A stretch of DNA of 64,000 bases from Eledone cirrhosa (lineage: Eukaryota), in the NCBI GenBank assembly GCA_964016885.1, contig OZ024754.1, positions 17,236,001-17,300,000 on the forward strand, in the 5' to 3' direction. A model generated the notes under the pieces. That model was not told the origin of the DNA. It saw only the letters and a program-made list of their open reading frames with translations, and did no database searches. The position numbers and the translations under genes were made by a program. This document shows positions 54,787-64,000 of the stretch, piece by piece (within the stretch, counting starts at the first letter, position 1; each line of letters begins with the position of its first letter).

Positions 54787-56289
54787 GTATATATATGTAT
54801 ATATATATGTATATATATGTATATATATATTATTTAAAATATTAATAAATGAAAAATATTCTCATAATCAAAATATAAATTTTATTATACATATTTCAAA
54901 GGTACAATGGTGTTTAAGTACGCTTTCATCAAATAAAATATAAGATTTGATATGCGACATTCTGCTACGGTTTTGATTATTCAATTGTGGCAGTGATTTA
55001 TTTCACCAACCCTCAACGTTTTTATAGCACAAATAATATGATAAACTCAGAGAAGAAGAGGACGTAGAACAAGGTAGAAGTATAGAAGGGGAGTTGAGAT
55101 GGAAGATGCAAAGAAAAAGAAGAGAAATAAACAAATAAACAAATAAATAAATGAAGAAAAGAAGAAAAAAATGTAAGAGAAAAAAAGGGTAATAAAAACA
55201 GAAGGAAGATGCGGGGGAAAAAAAAGAAAAAAAGAAAAAAGAAGGGGAATAAAGAAAAACGAAGAAGAGGAAAAGGAAAGGATAAAATAGAGGAGAGAAT
55301 AAAAAACCGTTGTATTCAAATGGTAGACAAAATTAGAAATTAAAATTTTTTTCATATTTATCAGTGAATATCGCTTGTATTGGATTACGCTTTAGTTAAT
55401 TATAAGTTTATATTGTATCCAGATTATTAGGCATAGGTTACTTTCTATAGCAATCAAATATTTAAGTTAATTACAAATTTATATGTTTAAATTAATTTAA
55501 TTTACTTTAGCTCATTCTAGATTATTATAAGGTAAGATATTCTATTAATATTATACTACAACTTTAAAATAATTTATCTTTAAAGCCTAATTAAATAATT
55601 ATTAAATATGTACTAAAATATAATAACATGCATATATTCCCATCTATATATATAATATATTTTGTTCATTTATTATCTAAATTAATAAAAAATTTAAAAA
55701 TTCACTTTTTGTGAAACTTCTTCATTTTTTAATTTTCATTTATTTCTTACAATCCAACTGTGGTTATATTTACTCTCTATAAATTTTATTTCATTTAATG
55801 GATGGTTATATTTACTTCTGTATTTAATTATTCTGATATATATAGTTTCATTTTAATGATAGTCTATGTATTATTAAACTATTAATCATTATTTATTAAT
55901 CCATATTTTATATTTTATATATATTTTTCAAGCTAGTCAAAAAAATTTACGGACAATGTAAACAAAAGGAAAATAACTCATTTACAATGTAAAAGCATTT
56001 TTTAACTTAGAGGGAATCTCTTCTCTCACATATTTTTTAACTTAGAGGGAATCTCTTCTCTCACATATTTTAAGAACCTTAAATTAGCTATTGTATATAT
56101 CCTAATTGATTTCTAATTAAATATTGACCTATCCTAATCAAATCATAGGATAAAAAAACTCTCAATGAGGTTATTCTATTACATATAAATATCTATAAAT
56201 TATTACTTCAATTAGGCAAAATTTACATATATTTAAGTTGTTATTTGTCCTTATTTTTTTTGGGGGGGGGGGGGGGGGACTGGTACATT

Positions 56290-58145
56290 GCCTGGAAAGT
56301 TTTACCAATTTTATGATGACAACTACTAAATAGTTCATTTTTTTAGTTGATTAAATTGTCATAGTTTGTGATTATGTGAAGAATCTCTTCAGTGCAAAGA
56401 TGGCAAAGTTCTGAGATTGCTGAGTTCCCGTAGGGTGTAGCATAACGTAATTTCCTCCAAGAGATGGAGTATTTAATGTTATTGTTCTTTAAAGACCATA
56501 CTAATTTTGAAAGTGAAGTTGAAAATTTTTATCTGGTCTATTAAAAGTATGCTTGTGATTAAATCAACGTTCCTTAAATTTGGATGAAGTGGCACCTATG
56601 TAGTTATATATAACATTTGCCTTAATGGCACATTTATATACTAGATTTTTACCAAGGCAATTATTTTGTAAAGGGCATTCAGACCTATTTCTACAATTAC
56701 ATTTACTCTCAATGTTATTTACAGACATTATACTATTCTCATTGCTATTTAAAGGCGTTCTACTATTATTCGTGTTTAAACTATTATTATTGTTATTCCT
56801 ATTAACTAATATATTATTATTATTATTATTGTTGTTGTTTATTAGAAGTTGGTTTGATTTTAGATTCTTATTATTTATTTTTGCTATATTTTGAGCAATA
56901 TTCATAGTAGTTGAGTAAGAGAGTTTAACTGTGTGTCTATTGAAGATAGGGTAATATTTAGGAGATCTAGGGAAGCATTTATCCAAAGCTTTAAAAACTA
57001 AATGTGCTACAGGTGTCTTAATAGCTAAAGATGCTGGCGGTGCATACCAAATTATAGATCTAGTTCTTACCTTTTTCTTCGATTTATTCATCCAGTTGTT
57101 GTTTTTATATTCATTTTTATTATGATTATTATGGTTATAATTAATTCTATTTTGATGGATTTCAGTATTTCTATCTATATACTCAATGTTATTGTTATAT
57201 TCAGCTTTATGTAACGCTTCATTATAATATATAGCCTTACTATTAAATATGGATCTATTAGCAGAGAGCCTCGTTGTTGTACACTGTTGACTATTGCATT
57301 CTCAACACTTTTAGGATGATTGGAATAAAAACTAACAAAATTTAAGTTCTCATTGACTTTGTGGAAATGGTAATAAAGGCCTGAGTTCAGATTTAGAGTC
57401 ACATCCAAAAAATTAACTATTTTATTATTATTTTCTATTTCTAATTTCAGGTCATAATTTAAAAAAATTCTATAATTACTTTCTTTACTCTATTTAATTC
57501 ACTATTGTTATGTTTTTCTACAATAAATAGTATGTCGTCCTTATATAAACCTCCGGCAATCTCCGGCAATTTTCTATTTATCATGTTAAGGATAAAAATA
57601 CCCACTAGATCCGTAACTTGGGCTGAGTCCGAACAACCCATCGTAATGTCAAAATTCTTCGGTCTATCAGCCCTAGTCTAAAGATCATTATTAAAATCAA
57701 TCAAGGTTCGCCTTGCAGTTAATATAATATTTATCCCCTCACTAGATATGTCAGTGTGTTTGTATGCATATGATAGCGCATTATTTAATAGGGCGGTGGA
57801 TTGACAGTATCGGTAGAGGGTCGGACGCCATGCTTTGACGCATTGAGTTACGGCCCTTGCCATTCTGATTTCAAATCCCGCCGAGGTTAACTTTGCCTTT
57901 CATCCTTACGGGGTCGATAAAATAAAGTACCAGTAATACACTGGGGTAATAGCTGGCCTTGTGCCAAGAGTAGAAACAATTATTTAATAGATTGGGAGTT
58001 ATCGAGGAATAATAACTGGCTATATCCATTTGAATAAACTTATAATTATTTTATGTTTAATATTTATGAACCAATCTATAACTTCACTTGTGCCTTTCCA
58101 TAGATTTAGTTGTGATTTCAATTTAAGTGTTGGTATAATCCTATT
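56290..58145 (-). pseudogene. Penelope-like RT plus GIY-YIG pseudogene, interrupted by a SINE
   Basis: FDITMGCSDSAQVTDLVG, GLYKDD, FLDVTLNL, SNHPKSV, CNCRNRSECPLQNNCLGKNLVYKC...YIGATSSKFKER. Multiple stops and frameshifts. Confidence 0.88.
57791..57983 (+). mobile_element. tRNA-derived SINE, family A, nested in the PLE RT
   Basis: 12-bp TSD attatttaatag at 57780-57791 and 57979-57990. Confidence 0.9.
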
Positions 58146-58223
58146 TATTATATTCTTGCTATGTGTATATATATATATATGTATGTATATATGTATATAT
58201 ATATGTATATATATGTATATATG

Positions 58224-58258
<35 letters not shown>

Positions 58259-58323
58259 GTATATATATATGTATATATATATATATGTATATATATGTAA
58301 ATATATATATATGTATATATATG

Positions 58324-58398
<75 letters not shown>

Positions 58399-58533
58399 AT
58401 ATATATATATATTTATATATGTATATATGTGTATATATAAATGTGTATATATATATGCATATATATATGTATGTATATATATATATGTATATGTATATAT
58501 GTATATATATATATGTACGTATATATGTATATG

Positions 58534-58675
<142 letters not shown>

Positions 58676-58818
58676 GAGTATATGTTGGTTGTATACCAAC
58701 ACCCCAGTATGCAGACTGGAGCACTCGACGAAGTGCGCATGTTGGTTTGGTTACTCCGGAGTAATGTAAAATAAAGTAAAATAAAAAGTCAAATGTTTAA
58801 AATTTACCTTCGTTTATT

Positions 58819-58873
58819 ACTGCTATATATATTTCGGTGACAGCCATCTTTGGCTGTGATCTCTTCAGGCAGT
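58819..58873 (-). ncRNA. Type I hammerhead ribozyme
   Basis: ACUGC-CUGAAGA-G..ACAGCCA-AAGA-UGGCUGU..C-GAAA-UAUAUA-UA-GCAGU then AAUAAA. Perfect 5-bp stem I. Triplet AUA. Confidence 0.85.
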
Positions 58874-59113
58874 CCGAATTAGTGTGGTATAGACAAGTAC
58901 ATATGTTGTTGAGGTGTATAATTTTGTCAATACTCTGATATGCCCAGTTCCTGGTTGGCTTGTTATTTCACTGAAGAACTGGAATCATATGAATTCAAAC
59001 AAATGAATTTCAGTGTCAAAGGGTCTCTTCTCCTTTCATTGGTCAGTTGTTAGAACATTCCTCATTCAAAAGTCTATAGAAGTTCGTTCTGAGGCAAGCC
59101 AATCTGTAGTTGT

Positions 59114-59801
59114 TAAATCAAAGTGAATTTAATCTAAATCAAAATTATGGCTGTCATGCCAGAAAGGCATGCGCCATATCACCCGTAAAATAAGCTCCAA
59201 GATTCTAATGAATAGGTCCGAGCATTTTATAACAACTAGAAATTGATTAACATATAAATAAACATATGAAACAATGACAGGGGATCATTTTTACAAGTGT
59301 GTAAGCACACATAGCTAGATAGGTAACTAAATAAAGTTAACTAGAACTTCAAAAATAGATACCTTATAATATGATTAATCTTCCCTGTATATATTCCATT
59401 AAAGAAATATATTTCACCAATTAATCAAATGGTAAACCACGGAGGCCGATACTTGGATTTTCAACAAGGAAGAAGTCCAGCCATCTGTGTTTACGCATTA
59501 AGTTCAAATCAGCGACTGGCCAGTAACAAGTGCTGTATCTACTAAAAATACACACATCATACCAGCTTCGTCCCAGTGGCGTGAATAGGGTTATCGACAA
59601 CTAGAAACAGCAGTCAAGTCCTTTCAACAGAGTTAGCTCTACAATTAAGGAGCCGTATTTATATATCTATATCCAAAATTAAGATAAATCAAAGTGAATT
59701 TAATCTAAATCAAAATTATGTATGCTTACACACTTGTAAAAATTATCCCCTGTGATTGTTTCATATGTTTATTTATATGTTAATCAATTTCTAGTTGTTA
59801 T
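59114..59801. repeat. Combined direct and inverted repeat at the 5' side of a hammerhead-bearing element
   Basis: taaatcaaagtgaatttaatctaaatcaaaattatg at ~59114 and ~59686. 59228-59307 is the reverse complement of 59723-59801. Confidence 0.75.
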
Positions 59802-60462
59802 ATATATATGTGTATGTATTAGAAAGAGGTTTTTTTACAAAATGAAAAAACCGAGGTGTCCTACACGAGTGAAAGTATAAAGAAAAAAGATGAAATCGCA
59901 AATGCAACTGGAGTCTTTTTTTTTTAAATATATTTATTTGGTTCCTTTACCGGTTTCGCAGTTCTTGTGCTTTTCAAAAGTAGAATTGAGATGGAGGGTT
60001 TGTGGTTTTTCTCACATATGGTTGGTGTTTGACTGTTACTTCTGTTTATATGGAAAAAAATGCTAGGTTTTTAGAGAAGTAATTTGGTTGGTTGATGACT
60101 GTCATGTGAATAAGTATAATAAATTTCGCGCCAATTCGCGTTACAAAATTCTTATTATATTTGCCTTCAAAAAAAGGGGGCGCAGATTGAAGTTTGGTTG
60201 GTTGATAAAGTCACGTGAATAAACAGATCAGCTTTCGCGCCAGTTTGTGTTTGAATTTCTTTTTACTTAAAAAAAAGTGGCTCATGAAGGCTTTTTTTAT
60301 AAATGTAATTTGATTGGTTATAAATGAAATTATGACTGTCGGGTGAACAAATACATTAAATTTCGCGGCCGTATTTTGGAATTTTTTTGTAGCCATTTAG
60401 AGAATTATATATCAAATAAAAGATAATAATCAAGATAAAGGGATGGAGAGAGTTGTTCTGAG

Positions 60463-60503
<41 letters not shown>

Positions 60504-60505
60504 AT

Positions 60506-60566
<61 letters not shown>

Positions 60567-60579
60567 TATATAGATATAT

Positions 60580-62918
60580 AGTTTTGCGAGGTTTTTTTAT
60601 ATGAAATCGTGTGTCGAAACAGATATTGTTATATTTGGGGAGGGTCATATTTGCGTAATATTGCCAGAATTAATAACAGAACACACTCACTGTTTGGTTG
60701 GTTTTCGCTTCTCGCTGTCTTTTATATATATATATCTGCGATCTAACTTACTCGGTCCTCAATGTTGCCATTGACTGACCGGCGGTCAAAAATAATACAG
60801 ATACAATATAGACAAACACATATATATATAGTTTACATAAATCTTTCGTTGCACATCTGCAACATCGTCAGTGGTGTTATATTCATTGTTCCTCCTGTTG
60901 TGTTGTATGTCTACGCCATTTTTTTTTTTGTTCAGTCTGTCTATATATTTATTTATTTATTTGCTTGTTTGTTTATCTTATTTTATTTTGTCTTCTTTGC
61001 GCATGCGTTTGCGTGTGTGTATAGTGTTATGTGTGATGTGTGATGTGTGACTAGTGTGTATAGTGTTGTCTGCTGGGTGACTAGTGTGTGTTTATGTGCT
61101 TGTGTATGTATTTATTTATCTTATTTTATTTAATTTAATTTACTTATTTATTTATACTTCTCTTAGGTCAGTGTTGTTTGTTTGGGTGTTGTTGTTGTTC
61201 CACTCATTCTTTCTGTTTAGCTTTGGTCTTCTAATTTCTATTTCACTGGCCTCTCTGATTTGCCTATCTGCTGGGTCATTCCTATGTTTAGATATTATTC
61301 TAATTTCTATGTTGTCTATGTTACCGTCATGATGTTGTCTAGCATGTTCGTATAGTACTGACCCGTTTTTTCGTCCTTTTAGTTCCCCCCAGTGTTGGTC
61401 TATCCTTTCACCTATGCTACGAGCTGTCTCACCTATGTATGTTGTTGTCGTGTTTCTGCAAGTACCCTCTGTACATCTTATGCTATAGACTACGTTTCTA
61501 GTTTTACAGTTTATCCGGGGGTTCACCTTACATATGATACATTTCCTATTGGTACAGTGGGTTTTCTTAAAAGGGTAGGTTTTGCTGATCAGGGATTTTA
61601 TGGTGGTTCCTGGCTTTTCTACCACCTTTATTTTTAAGTGGGTCTTTCTCAGGGCCTTTCTACACTGGTTAGCTAATTTCCCTCCAGGGGTGGCGTCCAC
61701 AAACATGACACTCTGATATCTCTGGTTGTCGTACCATGATGTGGCCTTCCCTATCTTATGTCTAGCCCTATCTAAGCTATTCCATGATTTGCTCCTGTAT
61801 AGTGGGCAAATTCCTTTCATGTCCAGTTCTATGAGGGTCTTATACTTTTCCATGGCTCCTTCGTATACTCTGACTCTGTCTCTTTGGTTGTAGCCAGAGA
61901 ACTGCATGCGGTTGATGAAGTGTTGGATGTGTCCTTCCATTTCTGTTGGGTCGCACATGCTGGACACATTCTTCATCACTCGTACCAAATCTGCGATCAG
62001 AATATTAAACTTAGCACTACTGGACATTGCTGAGTTTTTGAGTATCAGGTATTTGGAGGCCATGGGTTTAGCATAGTGTGAGTGGAGAATTTGGGCTCTC
62101 TCGTCTATAGTGTTAATCCAGAGTTCTGTGTCTAATACAGGTAGTCTATTGTTAGGGTGTTTGGAAGGGAAGTCTATAGTTACAGTTATACTCTGGTGTA
62201 TGGAATTAGCTATCTGCTGGATGCTTTCCATCGTGCTACGTTCTAAATCAAACTTGTTAGTGCTCTCTAGTGGGGGTGTTCTTATAACTATATTGATATC
62301 GTCTACATAACGAGAGTACATGATGAGGTCTATGGAGCTTTCATTAAGGAGATCTTTAAGTCTCCTTTCCCACCATACCATGAAAAGGTTGGCAACATCG
62401 CCAGCTATGCTGACGCCGATGGCTGCTCCCTCATTTTGGGTGTAGATTTTCTCATTGAACTTAAATATGTGGCCCTTTAGGGTAGTTTTGATACTAGCCC
62501 CTATTGCATGTGCGACCATTTTTCTTACCTGATCAGTGTTTTGGGGGGTCCGTATAGCTTTGGTCCACCCAATAAACAAACAAGCAAATAAATAAATAAA
62601 TATATAGACAGACTGAACAAAAAAAAAAATGGCGTAGACATACAACACAACAGGAGGAACAATGAATATAACACCACTGACGATGTTGCAGATGTGCAAC
62701 GAAAGATTTATGTAAACTATATATATATGTGTTTGTCTATATTGTATCTGTATTATTTTTGACCGCCGGTCAGTCAATGGCAACATTGAGGACCGAGTAA
62801 GTTAGATCGCAGATATATATATATAAAAGACAGCGAGAAGCGAAAACCAACCAAACAGTGAGTGTGTTCTGTTATTAATTCTGGCAATATTACGCAAATA
62901 TGACCCTCCCCAAATATA
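60580..62918 (-). mobile_element. Young 5'-truncated Penelope-like element with 347-bp inverted arms in (TA)n
   Basis: 60630-60976 is the reverse complement of 62572-62918 with no differences seen. Both arms carry CTGACGA-T-GTTGCA/TGCAAC-GAAA. Confidence 0.92.
61152..62570 (-). CDS. Penelope-like reverse transcriptase (C-terminal part) plus GIY-YIG endonuclease, open but 5'-truncated
   Basis: YTQNEGAAIG, YSRYVDD, LPVLDT, Cys-rich linker CTNRKCIIC...C, NVVYSIRC...YIGETARSIGERIDQH, RQIREA, LNRKNEW. Confidence 0.92.
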   Translation of the reverse strand, partial: GWTKAIRTPQNTDQVRKMVAHAIGASIKTTLKGHIFKFNEKIYTQNEGAAIGVSIAGDVANLFMVWWERRLKDLLNESSIDLIMYSRYVDDINIVIRTPPLESTNKFDLERSTMESIQQIANSIHQSITVTIDFPSKHPNNRLPVLDTELWINTIDERAQILHSHYAKPMASKYLILKNSAMSSSAKFNILIADLVRVMKNVSSMCDPTEMEGHIQHFINRMQFSGYNQRDRVRVYEGAMEKYKTLIELDMKGICPLYRSKSWNSLDRARHKIGKATSWYDNQRYQSVMFVDATPGGKLANQCRKALRKTHLKIKVVEKPGTTIKSLISKTYPFKKTHCTNRKCIICKVNPRINCKTRNVVYSIRCTEGTCRNTTTTYIGETARSIGERIDQHWGELKGRKNGSVLYEHARQHHDGNIDNIEIRIISKHRNDPADRQIREASEIEIRRPKLNRKNEWNNNNTQTNNTDLREV

Positions 62919-63206
62919 GATATATAGATATATATATATGTATAAATATATATGTATATATATATGTATAAATATATATGTATATATATATATATGTTTA
63001 TATATGTTTATATATATGTATATATGTATATATAAATATATATATGTTTATATATATGTATATATGTATATATATATATGTGTGTGTATGCACATATGTA
63101 TATATATATATGTATATATTTATATATATATGTATATATATATGTATATATATATATATGTATATGTATATATGTATATATATGTATATGTATATACGTA
63201 TATATG

Positions 63207-63237
<31 letters not shown>

Positions 63238-63683
63238 GTATATGTATATATGTATATATATATATGTGTATATATATATACGTATATATGTATATATATA
63301 GATATGTATATATGTATATATATGTATATGTATATATATATGTATATATTTATGTATATCTATATATGTATATATATATATATGTATATATATGTATATA
63401 TATGTATATATATATGTATATGTATATATGTATATGTACATATATATGTGTGTACATATATATATGTGTATATATATGTGTGTACATATATATATGTGTA
63501 TATATATGTATATATATATATATTTATAGGAATAACCAAATAGTGCTTAGAAATACATTGTTTTATTAGCTAACAGTGTTTCATCCATACAGGCAGGAAT
63601 CTTCAGAGCCTATAAACATGAGTATATCAGTAGTTGCATGCTCCATCGAGCTGCGTCATATATATGTATATATATATATATTA

Positions 63684-63779
<96 letters not shown>

Positions 63780-63823
63780 GTATATATATATAAATATATA
63801 TATATGTGTGTGTATATATATAA

Positions 63824-63857
<34 letters not shown>

Positions 63858-63860
63858 GTG

Positions 63861-63907
<47 letters not shown>

Positions 63908-64000
63908 GTGTATATATATATGTATATATATATATGTATATATATATATATGTATATATATGTAAATATATATATGTATATATATATATATATATATATA
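62919..64000. repeat. Degenerate (TA)n/(TATG)n microsatellite (also at 49900-50830, 51550-51868, 54443-54830, 58160-58670)
   Basis: Directly visible. Source of the YI-repeat ORFs. Confidence 0.97.
63568..63610 (-). ncRNA. Type I minimal hammerhead ribozyme in a ~130-bp island within (TA)n
   Basis: GGCU-CUGAAGA-UUCC...GGAU-GAAA-CACUG-UU-AGCU followed by AAUAAA. Triplet GUU. Confidence 0.65.

Noticed and set aside
54915-54995. Hammerhead in the tail of the 56290-58145 PLE
   Set aside because: A stem plus GAAA is present on the minus strand, but no CUGANGA core.
62571-62786. Hydrophobic N-terminal extension on the 544-aa PLE ORF (also ORF 60762-61043)
   Set aside because: It is the inverted arm read through by chance, identical to the antisense of the 3' tail. 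Not a real RT N-terminus.

Overview
This is AT-rich eukaryotic DNA, most likely an octopus-type cephalopod (inferred from the repeat landscape and gene type, not shown). It holds the last six coding exons of a + strand TRPM1/3/6/7-type cation channel (22463-43475), which splice in frame with GT-AG junctions. Upstream lie a 38-bp tandem array (~3.4 kb) and a 25-bp satellite (~15.6 kb) with kb-scale higher-order duplications. The remainder is mobile DNA: tRNA-derived SINEs with target-site duplications (TSDs), RTE LINE fragments, a decayed piggyBac with MITEs, hAT and Tc1-type MITEs, and several Penelope-like elements (PLEs). The most notable signal is a dense set of type I minimal hammerhead ribozymes with palindromic stem III. 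At least four have full cores and several are decayed. They sit in PLE tails and in small non-coding retrozyme-like elements with inverted-repeat architecture, inserted in (TA)n tracts, and the intact ones lie downstream of the gene on the minus strand. No CRISPR or prokaryotic features. All folds and alignments were done by eye.
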